Of a DNA stretch of 45,777 nucleotides, positions 8,142 through 16,928 are shown one piece after another; position 1 is the first letter of the stretch; each line of letters starts with the position of its first letter. The notes beneath the pieces are model-generated. The model had not been told where the DNA came from and made no database searches. It was given only the letters and a program-made list of their open reading frames with translations. Made by a program: the position numbers and the translations under genes. The DNA lies in the IMG/VR virus record IMGVR_UViG_3300037755_000534, positions 1 through 45,777 of that record; one strand, written 5' to 3'. This stretch comes from a virus. Lineage: Duplodnaviria > Caudoviricetes.

Positions 8142-8774
8142 TTACATGCTGCTCGTATACGTTCCGGGCGCGGCGCGAAGCGGCTTGTCGTAACCGATCG
8201 GGCTCGCCTCCGAACTCGCCGAGTCGATCATTTGATTCGCAAGGTCCGGGCGGATAACGTCGCGCACCTTGGCGTCTTTCGGAATGTGCGCCTGCTTGTC
8301 CACATGGGATTTGATCGTGTGCAACAGATGATGTTGCCGCGACGTTATCCACGCGGTGCGCCCCGTGGTCGCGATCAACCGGGGAAGCGCGTCGACCGGA
8401 ATATCGCCCAAAACAAGCCCGGCGCCGCCTGCGATGCTGATCTTGAACGTATCGAGCACCGACTGCGCCGCCGCCGCGCGCGCCGTGCGCGCAGCGTTAC
8501 GGGCGGCAACGGACGGTTCGCGAGGGGCGGGCAGGCGTCCACTGGCCTTGGCGGCACTGGCGCTTTGGTCCGCCTCCTCGCGATAGGGTTGCCGGGTGAG
8601 GGGCAGTGAGCAGCAGGCCTTATCAGCAACGTTCAACCGGTCCTTCTCACCCGACAATTCGATTAACTCATATGCGCGCTGTACCGTTCCGCCGTTGGCG
8701 AGGTACTTCGCAAGCGCAATAAGAAACTCGTTTTCCAGCGGGCTCACACCCGCGCGTATAAATGCGTCACGCAT
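8142..8774 (-). CDS. hypothetical protein (210 aa) hosting two guide units
   Basis: GAGGAG RBS; directly downstream of promoter 8799-8833. Confidence 0.7.
   Translation of the reverse strand: MRDAFIRAGVSPLENEFLIALAKYLANGGTVQRAYELIELSGEKDRLNVADKACCSLPLTRQPYREEADQSASAAKASGRLPAPREPSVAARNAARTARAAAAQSVLDTFKISIAGGAGLVLGDIPVDALPRLIATTGRTAWITSRQHHLLHTIKSHVDKQAHIPKDAKVRDVIRPDLANQMIDSASSEASPIGYDKPLRAAPGTYTSSM
8518..8583 (-). ncRNA. TIGR-like guide unit 2 (spacers aagcgccag / gtggacgcc)
   Basis: CCA-N9-TGCCGCCAAGG-CCA-N9-TG inside stem tcgcgagg(a)ggcgg/ccgcc-cctcgcga. Confidence 0.75.
8589..8657 (-). ncRNA. TIGR-like guide unit 1 (spacers gttgaacgt / gctgctcac)
   Basis: CCG-N9-TGCTGATAAGG-CCT-N9-TG inside 12-bp stem ttgtcgggtgag/ctcacccggcaa (one G:U on minus strand). 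Confidence 0.75.
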
Positions 8775-8798
8775 TGCTCATCTCCTCTGTACCCGCCT

Positions 8799-8833
8799 TA
8801 TATACACCGTTCGTCCTAGGGCGTCAAGCCCTA
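8799..8833 (-). promoter_or_regulatory. repeated promoter/operator, copy 2 (heads the Tas-like cassette)
   Basis: TAGGGC-TTGACG-17 nt-TATATA. Confidence 0.8.
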
Positions 8834-9076
8834 ACCGAGCATGGCGTCTATTTGGTCCGCGCCCGTGTCGCCGCCCCGTTGCGGCAGGTTGTCGAACGCC
8901 ATGTCGAGCGCCTGACGATCCCATATCGTGCGCCGCCCTACAATGCGCGGCTCGGGCATCCGACCGTCCGTCACCATCGCATCGAAAACCGTCGTGCCGA
9001 CGCCGACATAGTGCGCCGCCTGCTCGCGCGTCAGCCCGCGCGGTTCGATGGGATGATGGTGACGGACGGTCGTCAT
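8831..9076 (-). CDS. excisionase/AlpA-like winged-HTH protein
   Basis: RGLTREQAAHYVGVGTTVFDAMVTDGRMPEPR..RRTIWD; upstream of integrase. Confidence 0.8.
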   Translation of the reverse strand: MTTVRHHHPIEPRGLTREQAAHYVGVGTTVFDAMVTDGRMPEPRIVGRRTIWDRQALDMAFDNLPQRGGDTGADQIDAMLG

Positions 9077-9084
9077 GGCGCTGC

Positions 9085-9939
9085 CTACTGCGTCGGGCCG
9101 GGGCCGTTCAGGATCTGCGGGTACGGCGCCGGCATCGGGGCCGCTGTAGCGCCCGGCTGACCGTTACCAGGATATGCAGTCGGTTGCGCCTGATATCCCG
9201 CAGGCGCCCCGGGCGTCGGGGCCGGGGCAGTCGCGGCGGGTGCAACTGGCGGCTGGTAGGGCGGTGGCATACCGGGCGCGGTAGCGGCGGGATAGCCGGG
9301 CTGACCACCCGCCGGCTGCATAGGGGACGCCGGCATGGGACCGGACGCGACGGGCGTCGGGCTCGCGCCGGGCGGAAGGGCGGCGGGCTGGCCGAACGCC
9401 TGCTCGGGACTCGGCCCCGTGCTGATCGCCTCGCCGTAGCCGACGACCTGCACCATTTCGTGCGAGACGTAGACGCCGGGCTTCTGCAGATCATCGTTCC
9501 CGCGGACGTTGATGAACGCGCGGATATAGTCGCCGCGCTTGATCTGCGAGGCATCCGTGATCTGCTGGTTTTGCGCGTTGAAGATGCGCGGCGCGAAGCC
9601 CGACGACATGCGGATGATGTAGTGGCCCTTGCAGTAGTCCGGGTACGGCTTGCCTTCCTGATTTGTGCCGTCCCCGTCGACGACCTTCCACGCGAAATTG
9701 GGCTGCTGCCACTGCCCGGCGGGAAAGTCACGCTGGCCGACGGCGACGATCTGTCCCCATATTTCGTTCCATGCCGGATCGTTCTTGGGGATCGCCAGTC
9801 CGACGAACCATGTCGTCTTGGGCTTGCCGGCCTTGTCGAATTTCGGCCGGCCCTGCGCGTCCTTGTCGGACCCGTTGAACGCGTCGCCCATGACGAAGCG
9901 CCCGACGGGCGTTGTTACCTTGATTGCTTCCTGTGCCAT
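9085..9939 (-). CDS. ssDNA-binding protein (DUF2815/T7 gp2.5-like) with Pro-rich tail
   Basis: TTPVGR..DGD..I.RG.YIRA..GVY..VQVV..GE pattern; next to the exonuclease. Confidence 0.7.
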   Translation of the reverse strand: MAQEAIKVTTPVGRFVMGDAFNGSDKDAQGRPKFDKAGKPKTTWFVGLAIPKNDPAWNEIWGQIVAVGQRDFPAGQWQQPNFAWKVVDGDGTNQEGKPYPDYCKGHYIIRMSSGFAPRIFNAQNQQITDASQIKRGDYIRAFINVRGNDDLQKPGVYVSHEMVQVVGYGEAISTGPSPEQAFGQPAALPPGASPTPVASGPMPASPMQPAGGQPGYPAATAPGMPPPYQPPVAPAATAPAPTPGAPAGYQAQPTAYPGNGQPGATAAPMPAPYPQILNGPGPTQ

Positions 9940-9960
9940 TTTACACCTGTGGTTAGTGGG

Positions 9961-11043
9961 TTAGGCGGGAGTGCCAAACACCTCTGCTGCCTTGGCCGAC
10001 GCGTCGCGCTCGACCAGTTTGCGACCCGTCTCCGGAGTCGTGGTGAACATCTTGACGATGGTTTTGTCCGCGCCGAGTTTCTCCGCGGCGGCGGGCGTGA
10101 CGGGCGCGAGCGTGCGAAGCGTCAACCCGGTGAGCGCCTCGAGCGCGGCGACATCATCCGGGTTCGCCCATCTGCGCCGCCCCATCGCGCGCTCGAGCGA
10201 CCAGCCGGGCACGACCTGCCCGCCGTCGATAAGCGACGTCGCGTACGCCTCGGTCGCGTCGAGGCGCAGCTTGATCGCGTCGGCCGCGCGACGGAGCGTA
10301 CGGAGTTCGCCCGCCGTATCCACCGGGCTCAACGCCTGCGGCATCGCCTTGTACGCGACGTCGACGCCGTTGAGCGCCGCACGCCGCGCCGCCTCGCATA
10401 CGGCCAGGGCGCGGCAATACTGGCAGTGCGGGCCGCTGGCGACCTGCGCCGCCGGGTTCTGCGTCTCGGCGGCGGCGTCCTGCAGGCGCTGCGATAGCGT
10501 CCACGCGGAGTCCCGGTCGATCGTCCACGAGCGCGCGCGCCCGTCGGGATGGAAGGGACGCGGCTGCACGATCGTCACGGTCACGTCGTGCAGTTGCCAC
10601 TCGTGCTTTATGAACAGCCCGATCGCGTAGCAGGCGACCTGCCAGTTGCCGAGCACCTCGACGATCCCATAGCCGTACTTGAAGTCCCAAACAAACCCGT
10701 GGCCATCCGGCGACACGTATCGCGCGTCCGGCGTGCCCGGTTCGATGGACGGGAGAACCGACAACATCTGCTCGATCACGGGGGCGGGCGTGACCTGGCG
10801 AACCGTGTCGATATACATCTGCGTATGCTCGACCATTTCGCCGGTGACGATCACGCCGTTGGGCGCCTTGCGATCGGTAAGTTCCTCGATCGCGCAGTGT
10901 CCGCCGAGCACTTGGGCGGCTACCCAATGCGCGGCGGTTCCTTCCTTGGCGTCCTCACTCTCATCGTCGGGAAAGGGCGCTTCCATCCGTGGGGAGGCGG
11001 AACACGGTATCCACCTCCCCGCATTGCTCGGGCGCGGCAGCAT
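9961..11043 (-). CDS. PD-(D/E)XK exonuclease (DUF2800/Cas4-like)
   Basis: PS..RW..C, EGTAAH, GTPD, DFKYG, Q..YA, GPHCQYC motifs. Confidence 0.8.
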   Translation of the reverse strand: MLPRPSNAGRWIPCSASPRMEAPFPDDESEDAKEGTAAHWVAAQVLGGHCAIEELTDRKAPNGVIVTGEMVEHTQMYIDTVRQVTPAPVIEQMLSVLPSIEPGTPDARYVSPDGHGFVWDFKYGYGIVEVLGNWQVACYAIGLFIKHEWQLHDVTVTIVQPRPFHPDGRARSWTIDRDSAWTLSQRLQDAAAETQNPAAQVASGPHCQYCRALAVCEAARRAALNGVDVAYKAMPQALSPVDTAGELRTLRRAADAIKLRLDATEAYATSLIDGGQVVPGWSLERAMGRRRWANPDDVAALEALTGLTLRTLAPVTPAAAEKLGADKTIVKMFTTTPETGRKLVERDASAKAAEVFGTPA

Positions 11044-11681
11044 TACAGCAGCGCGAGCTTGGCGTACGCGGCGTCAATCGCGTTCTGATCGACTCTCAGT
11101 TCCTCGACGTTCGCGACGCCGCACTCCTGAAAGAACGTCGGGATATGCAGCGGCGTCAGGGCTCCCGCCTTCAGCTTGTCGGTCATCATCCCGACGATTG
11201 TTTCGTACGTGATGATCGTCGGGGCGGACGCCGGCGGCGCACCGTTCGGAACGGCTACCGGCGGGTTGACGAACGTGCCGTCGGGGTTGCGCTGTGCGAA
11301 CGCCGGGATCGCGAGCGGATCGTCGCCGGCGTCGCTGGTCGGAACGGCGGGCATCGCCGGGGCGCTCGGCTGCGGCTTGATTTCCGCCTCGACCGCCTTG
11401 ATCTGGTCTTCCGGCGTGTTGCGCTTGTAGCGCCACGTTCCGTTGGCGTTCTTGGCGCGACTGCCCGCATGGATACGGCCATCCCAAGGATAGCCGCGCG
11501 AGTCGAGATCGCCGACCGGCTGCTGCGCCATCGGCTGCGGGGCGTTGTCGTTCGCCTGGACGGACTGCTGCGGAGCGGGCGCCGGCATGGCCAGCGTGAC
11601 CGTCTCACCGTCGAGAATGTTGTTCAGGTATGCGGCGATTTCGGCCGGATCGTCCGTCGCAACCGTGAGCGTATATTTCAT
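11043..11681 (-). CDS. hypothetical replication-module protein
   Basis: DSRGYPWDGRIHA..KNANGTWR; AAGGG RBS; coupled to the exonuclease. Confidence 0.7.
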   Translation of the reverse strand: MKYTLTVATDDPAEIAAYLNNILDGETVTLAMPAPAPQQSVQANDNAPQPMAQQPVGDLDSRGYPWDGRIHAGSRAKNANGTWRYKRNTPEDQIKAVEAEIKPQPSAPAMPAVPTSDAGDDPLAIPAFAQRNPDGTFVNPPVAVPNGAPPASAPTIITYETIVGMMTDKLKAGALTPLHIPTFFQECGVANVEELRVDQNAIDAAYAKLALL

Positions 11682-11709
11682 GTGTGTTCCCCTTGTTCGG
11701 TAAAATCGA

Positions 11710-11779
11710 AGGGGACAACACGTCCCCTGTTGACAAGGGACGTTCTTAACGCTTATTGTTTACCTTGTCAACAGGGGAC
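11710..11779. promoter_or_regulatory. 17-bp inverted repeat containing TTGACA on both strands
   Basis: gtcccctgttgacaagg (11722-11738)/ccttgtcaacaggggac (11763-11779); extra aggggac at 11710. Confidence 0.65.
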
Positions 11780-11810
11780 AATCATGTATGTACGACGCGC
11801 ACAACACGTA

Positions 11811-12137
11811 CTAAGCGACTCGAAAAATCCGCACCGCCTTGATCTTTCTTTTTTTTACGGTGCGTTCACGCCCGGTTTTTTTGTCGTGAACCGTCACCGT
11901 TTTCCAGTCGCCAAATATTTTTTCGGCCTTGAACTGCGCCCCGTGAGTGCGGGCGTAGCCGCGCATACGAATGAGCGCAAGGTTCGCCTCCCGTTCGCCT
12001 TCGATCTCCAGAACGTCGCTTTGCGCGCCCGGCTTCGCGGGGCGCATGTCGCCGAACGGGTATTTGGTGCGGCCGCGCTGCGTGTCGGCGTCGATATCCT
12101 TCGGCATGGTCGCTTTGCTGATTTCGTAAAAAGGCAT
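11811..12137 (-). CDS. small basic, probable DNA-binding protein
   Basis: RTKYPFGDM..VRIFRV pattern; AGGAGA RBS. Confidence 0.65.
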   Translation of the reverse strand: MPFYEISKATMPKDIDADTQRGRTKYPFGDMRPAKPGAQSDVLEIEGEREANLALIRMRGYARTHGAQFKAEKIFGDWKTVTVHDKKTGRERTVKKRKIKAVRIFRVA

Positions 12138-12211
12138 CGTGTTATCTCCTATAGCCGTTATTGGCGATACGGAAATTAGCAACGTCCGCAACCGTTTGCA
12201 AGGATTATACC

Positions 12212-12379
12212 GTGACCAAAATATGTCAAAAATACGAACTGCAAGCGGTCGTTAACTATCGTAAACGACCCGCAACAGTTGTCGGCCGCTGTTATGTGTC
12301 GAACGAATGGCTATACGACTTGCGCCTTCCGAGCGGCAAGATCGTGCAGTACGTGCCCGAGCGCATGGTGACGGCGTGA
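12212..12379 (+). CDS. small hypothetical protein (55 aa)
   Basis: AAGGA RBS, GTG start, GTGA-coupled to the methyltransferase. Confidence 0.5.
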   Translation: MTKICQKYELQAVVNYRKRPATVVGRCYVSNEWLYDLRLPSGKIVQYVPERMVTA

Positions 12380-13731
12380 GCACCATCGCCACCAAGGTCG
12401 GGGAGACGACCGTATTCAACGGGGATTGCCTCGACGTCATGGCCACGCTGGCGGCGCTCGGGACGCGCGTCGACTCGATCGTGACGGACCCGCCGTACCA
12501 CCTGAGCACGGTCAAGCGGTACGGCTCCACAAACATGACGCAGCCGGCCGACAAGGATTTATCGAAGGTCAACGCAGGGCAATACAAGCGACTGGCCAAG
12601 GGCTTCATGGGGAAGGAATGGGACGGCGGCGACATCGCGTTCCAGGTTGAGACGTGGCGCCGGTGCTGGTCGCTGCTCAAACCGGGCGGCTACCTGCTCG
12701 CGTTCAGCGGGAGCAGGACGTATCACCGCATGGCATGCGCGATCGAGGACGCCGGGTTTGAAATCCGCGACCAACTCATGTGGCTGTACGGGACGGGGTT
12801 CCCCAAGAGCCACGACGTGAGCAAGGCGATCGACAAGGCGGCGGGTGCGGAGCGGGAGGTTGTGGGTACGTATCAGTCGCCGGAAGGGACGTCGGGGAAA
12901 AGCAACCATCAACCGCGCATCGGGACGTCGACTCGCATCGGTGGGCTACCTGAGCTCACCGCCCCCGCCACGGGCGCCGCGCGTCAATGGGACGGATGGG
13001 GCACCGCGCTAAAGCCCGCGCACGAGCCGATCGTCATGGCGCGCAAGCCGCTCGACGGCACGGTCGCGGCGAACGTGCTGCAGCATGGCGTCGGCGCGAT
13101 CAATATCGACGCGTGTCGGGTGGGGACGGACAGCATCGTCACTACGGGGCGTAGTGACGAGAAACACGTCAAGTCGAACAGTCTCGGCGCATCGTGGTCC
13201 GGCGTTGTTGATGCGACGCCTAGAGTCGGCCGTTTCCCCGCGAACGTCATGCACGACGGGAGCGCGGAGGTGCTCGAGGCGTTCGCGGCGTACGCTACGC
13301 CACGTAAAAAGGCCCGTGTGCTCATTGAACATGATGACGGGCGAACCGAATGGAAGGTTGCGGACGAGGTTGAAAAACTCGTCGAGAAAATGGCTCCATC
13401 CGACGGCCTGCAAAATACCGCCGCACGCTTCTTCTACAGCGCCAAGGCGTCCGCCAAGGACCGCGCCGGCTCCAAGCATCCCACCGTAAAGCCCGTCTCG
13501 CTGATCGAATACTACGCAACGATGGTGACGCCGCCCGGCGGGCTGGTGCTCGACCCGTTCGCCGGGAGCGGGACGCTCGGCACGGCCTGGCCGCACTCGA
13601 TCCTGATCGAGCGTGAACCGGAATACTACGCGGACATATTGAACCGCCTGAGCGGCAATCCCGCCCCGCCCCGCCCCGCGGGACGAAAGATTTACGGCGT
13701 CTTTGCGGACGAAAAGCAGCCTAGGGAGTGA
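12376..13731 (+). CDS. DNA N6-adenine/N4-cytosine methyltransferase (beta class)
   Basis: GDC, TDPPY, HPTVKP, DPFAGSGT motifs. Confidence 0.9.
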   Translation: MSTIATKVGETTVFNGDCLDVMATLAALGTRVDSIVTDPPYHLSTVKRYGSTNMTQPADKDLSKVNAGQYKRLAKGFMGKEWDGGDIAFQVETWRRCWSLLKPGGYLLAFSGSRTYHRMACAIEDAGFEIRDQLMWLYGTGFPKSHDVSKAIDKAAGAEREVVGTYQSPEGTSGKSNHQPRIGTSTRIGGLPELTAPATGAARQWDGWGTALKPAHEPIVMARKPLDGTVAANVLQHGVGAINIDACRVGTDSIVTTGRSDEKHVKSNSLGASWSGVVDATPRVGRFPANVMHDGSAEVLEAFAAYATPRKKARVLIEHDDGRTEWKVADEVEKLVEKMAPSDGLQNTAARFFYSAKASAKDRAGSKHPTVKPVSLIEYYATMVTPPGGLVLDPFAGSGTLGTAWPHSILIEREPEYYADILNRLSGNPAPPRPAGRKIYGVFADEKQPRE

Positions 13732-13907
13732 TGGACATGCCTAAACGCATCCTTGCGACGCGCGACGAGCGCCATTTGCAGGCGGACACCGAGTCCGAGA
13801 TCGACGAGGCGATCGAGCACTACCGGGCGCAGGGCTGGCGCGTGCTGACGCGCGGTCGGCAACCCGGCGGGGAGTACACCGCGACGCTGGAGGCGAGCCA
13901 TGCGTAA
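13731..13907 (+). CDS. hypothetical protein (58 aa)
   Basis: MDMPKRILATRDERHLQAD.. fills the gap between coupled genes. Confidence 0.55.
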   Translation: MDMPKRILATRDERHLQADTESEIDEAIEHYRAQGWRVLTRGRQPGGEYTATLEASHA

Positions 13908-14307
13908 ACCCGACCTGATCATCGGCGACAACTATCTGCGGCGCTGGCACCTCATACCGCGCAACAAGTGGTTCAACGTCTATCTGCACAACATACGCAA
14001 GAGCGACGACGACCGGGCGATGCACGATCATCCGTACTGGAACGTCTCGATCATCCTGCGCGGCTGGTATATCGAGCACGTCCCGGGCGCCAGGCACGTA
14101 TGCAAGGCGGGCAGCATCATCGTTCGCCCGGCGACCGCATTGCATCGGCTCGAGGTGCCGCTCAACGGTTCCGCCTGGTCGCTGTTCATCACCGGCCGGC
14201 GCGTGCGGACGTGGGGCTTTCAGTGCCCGCAGGGCTGGCGCCCGTACTTCAAGTTCGTGGATCCGAACAACCCGGGACAGCCGGGCGCGGGGTGCGGCGA
14301 GCCGTGA
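13900..14307 (+). CDS. cupin-like phage protein
   Basis: MHDHPY..SIILRGWYIE..HRL..WSLFITG..WGF. Confidence 0.7.
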   Translation: MRKPDLIIGDNYLRRWHLIPRNKWFNVYLHNIRKSDDDRAMHDHPYWNVSIILRGWYIEHVPGARHVCKAGSIIVRPATALHRLEVPLNGSAWSLFITGRRVRTWGFQCPQGWRPYFKFVDPNNPGQPGAGCGEP

Positions 14308-15938
14308 CGCTGCGTCCCTATCAGGTTCAAGCCTCCGTCGACATTGACGCCGCATGGGCAGCGGGCGCGCGCGACGTGCTGCTCGTCATGCCGACGGGCG
14401 CCGGAAAGACGGTGAGCTTCGCCGACAAGCTGCGCAACCACGTCGGCGCGGGCGTGGCCATCGCGCATCGGCAGGAGCTCGTCGGGCAGATAAGCCTCGC
14501 ACTCGCGCGAACGGGGATGCGTCACCGGATCATCGGCCCGCGCAACGTGATCAAGCTGATCCTCGAGCAGCAGCGCGACGAGTTGCGCACCACCTTTTAC
14601 GACCCGAACGCTGCTATCGCCGTGGCCGGCGTCGACACGATGATACGCCGCGCCGACGCGCTGGAGTCGTGGCGACGCCAGGTAACGCTATGGGTGCAGG
14701 ACGAGGCGCACCACGTACTGCGCGCCAACAAATGGGGCGCGTCGCGGCGCATGTTCCCCAACGCCAGGGGACTCGGCGTGACGGCCACGCCGGAACGGGC
14801 CGACGGGCGCGGGCTCGGGCGCGACGCCGAGGGTGTCTTTGATGCCATCGTGTGTGGCCCGTCCATGCGCGACCTGATAACGGAGGGATACCTTGCGGAA
14901 TATCGAATCTTTGCGCCGCCGAGCGATCTCGACCTTACGCCGGTGCGGACAAGTGCTGACGGCGATTTTAACCGCGACGATCTGCGCGGCGCTGTTCGGC
15001 GTTCTCATATTGTTGGTGACGTTGTTAGCCACTATCTGCGGATCGCGCCCGGCAAACTTGGTATCACATTCACCACGGACGTTGAGACGGCCGGCGAGAT
15101 AGCCGCGCAATACAACGCGGCGGGCGTGCCGGCGGCAATGGTCTCGGCCAAGACGCCGGACGCCGAGCGCAACCGCACGATCGCGGCGTTCCGTGCGCGC
15201 GGGCTGCTGCAACTGGTCAACGTCGATCTGTTCGGTGAGGGGTTCGACGTGCCGGGCGTCGAGGTGGTCAGCATGGCGCGCCCGACGCAATCCTTCGCCG
15301 TCTATGCGCAGCAGTTCGGCCGCGCGCTCCGTCCGCTCCCCGGCAAGTCGGCCGGCATCATTATCGATCACGTCGGCAACGTGCAGCGCCATCGTCTCCC
15401 CGACGCGCCGCGTACATGGAGTCTTATGAGTCGTGAGCGTTCTATACGCGCACGTATAGACCCTGACGCCGTGCCTGTAACAACGTGTACGAATTGTTTT
15501 CGCGTTTACGAAGCGTTAACCAACACCTGTCCATTCTGCGGGTGCCGTCCTGAACCGGTGGGCCGACAGAAGCCCGAACAGGTCGACGGCGATCTGCATG
15601 AATTAGATCCCGATGCGCTCGCCGCGCTACGGGGCGCAATCGACCGTATAGACGGTCCTGTACGGGTGCCCGAGCACCTGGCGGGGCCGGCTGCGAAGAC
15701 GCTTGCCAATCATTGGCGCGAGCGTCAGGAGGCACAGCACGCCCTGCGGCAGACCATCGCACAATGGGCGGGATATCGGCGAGCGGAGGGAATGAGCGAC
15801 TCCGAAATAATGCGACGTTTTTACTGGCGGTTCGGCACGGACATCATGTCCGCGCAGGCGCTCGGTCGCGCCGACGCCGAGACTCTTACGGCTCAAGTGT
15901 ACGATCACATAGCGAGTGGGGCAGGCAATGAACACTGA
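14304..15938 (+). CDS. SF2 (DEAD/DEAH-like) helicase with C-terminal Zn ribbon
   Basis: LRPYQ, PTGAGKT, DEAHH, TATP, QQFGRALR, CxxC..CxxC. Confidence 0.9.
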   Translation: MTLRPYQVQASVDIDAAWAAGARDVLLVMPTGAGKTVSFADKLRNHVGAGVAIAHRQELVGQISLALARTGMRHRIIGPRNVIKLILEQQRDELRTTFYDPNAAIAVAGVDTMIRRADALESWRRQVTLWVQDEAHHVLRANKWGASRRMFPNARGLGVTATPERADGRGLGRDAEGVFDAIVCGPSMRDLITEGYLAEYRIFAPPSDLDLTPVRTSADGDFNRDDLRGAVRRSHIVGDVVSHYLRIAPGKLGITFTTDVETAGEIAAQYNAAGVPAAMVSAKTPDAERNRTIAAFRARGLLQLVNVDLFGEGFDVPGVEVVSMARPTQSFAVYAQQFGRALRPLPGKSAGIIIDHVGNVQRHRLPDAPRTWSLMSRERSIRARIDPDAVPVTTCTNCFRVYEALTNTCPFCGCRPEPVGRQKPEQVDGDLHELDPDALAALRGAIDRIDGPVRVPEHLAGPAAKTLANHWRERQEAQHALRQTIAQWAGYRRAEGMSDSEIMRRFYWRFGTDIMSAQALGRADAETLTAQVYDHIASGAGNEH

Positions 15939-16062
15939 AACACAGGCATACGAGAAGCTCAAGCAACTGGCCGCTCTTTCCGGCTGGAAATCGGCGCTCG
16001 AGGCGCTCGAGACGATCATAAAGGTCGACGTGCATCTGGCGAGCGGAGGCAAACGCCAGTGA
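15928..16062 (+). CDS. hypothetical protein (44 aa)
   Basis: MNTETQAYEKLKQLAAL.. overlaps the helicase stop. Confidence 0.45.
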   Translation: MNTETQAYEKLKQLAALSGWKSALEALETIIKVDVHLASGGKRQ

Positions 16063-16094
16063 CTCAAACGTCAGATAAAGAAAGGAACCGACCA

Positions 16095-16283
16095 ATGAGC
16101 GTAACTATAGAAACGATGGAAAACGAGTTGGGCAGGCGGCGGCAAAGACTCGCCATGTCACAAGAGGCTTATAACCACACGAACGAACAGTTAAATCAGT
16201 ACGCTGCCAATATTAAGGAACATCACTCCGCTATCCGCGAACTCGAAAATGCAATGCGTTATTTAAAAATGAACAATCTATGA
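16095..16283 (+). CDS. small coiled-coil protein
   Basis: AAGGA RBS; heptad pattern. Confidence 0.55.
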   Translation: MSVTIETMENELGRRRQRLAMSQEAYNHTNEQLNQYAANIKEHHSAIRELENAMRYLKMNNL

Positions 16284-16585
16284 CGATCATCTACAAGCCG
16301 CTCGCCAGGATCAACACGCTTCGGAGCGCGGCCCGCGACGCGTTCCAACTGACCGACCGGGAGTTCGTCAACAGCACCCGACCGGCGGCAGTCATGGCGC
16401 GCGCTGCGTTCGTGTGGACCGCAAAAAACGGGTTGAAGCGTGACCATTCCTATCTGTCGCGGGAGCTACAACTCGACCGCAAGACGATCATCACGGCGTC
16501 GCGTCGTGGCGCCGGGCTACGTCTGACCGACCCGGATTTTGCAGCCGTGACAGACGAACTGTTGAGGCTGTGCGATGCCGGGTGA
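16280..16585 (+). CDS. DnaA C-terminal-like HTH protein
   Basis: R..AVMARAAFVW..SYLSREL..DRKTII resembles DnaA domain IV. Confidence 0.55.
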   Translation: MTIIYKPLARINTLRSAARDAFQLTDREFVNSTRPAAVMARAAFVWTAKNGLKRDHSYLSRELQLDRKTIITASRRGAGLRLTDPDFAAVTDELLRLCDAG

Positions 16586-16928
16586 GTCCACGCTGCAAAG
16601 CGCCGTACGTGCCGAAGCGGCGCGGCTCGGCGTCTACCTGTGGCGCAATAACTCAGGCGTGCTGCCCGACAAGCGGGGCGTGCCGGTGCGGTTCGGGCTC
16701 GGCAACGATAGCCAGCGCATCAATGCCGTGCTCAAGAGCTCCGACCTGATCGGCATCACGCCGGGCGGACGGTTCGTGGCGATCGAGTGCAAGGCGCCGG
16801 GATGGATCGGTGTGCGCACCGACAGAGAGAGGGCGCAAGAGGCGTTTATAGACCTCGTACGCGCGCAGGGCGGTATCGCAGGGTTTGTAACCAGCTTGGA
16901 GGATTTACGATGTCTTTTGCAATCATAG
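16575..16928 (+). CDS. VRR-NUC domain nuclease
   Basis: ES.LQ, WRNNSG, SSDLIG, AIECK, Q..F..GG.AG. Confidence 0.85.
   Translation: MPGESTLQSAVRAEAARLGVYLWRNNSGVLPDKRGVPVRFGLGNDSQRINAVLKSSDLIGITPGGRFVAIECKAPGWIGVRTDRERAQEAFIDLVRAQGGIAGFVTSLEDLRCLLQS

Noticed and set aside
8077-8352. 91-aa ORF spanning guide unit 3
   Set aside because: Mostly overlaps orf210 in another frame and has no RBS; unit 3 is treated as intergenic
7160-8657. CRISPR array
   Set aside because: Spacers are 9 nt, units are dispersed, and there is no cas operon; the Cas4-like gene belongs to the usual phage replication module
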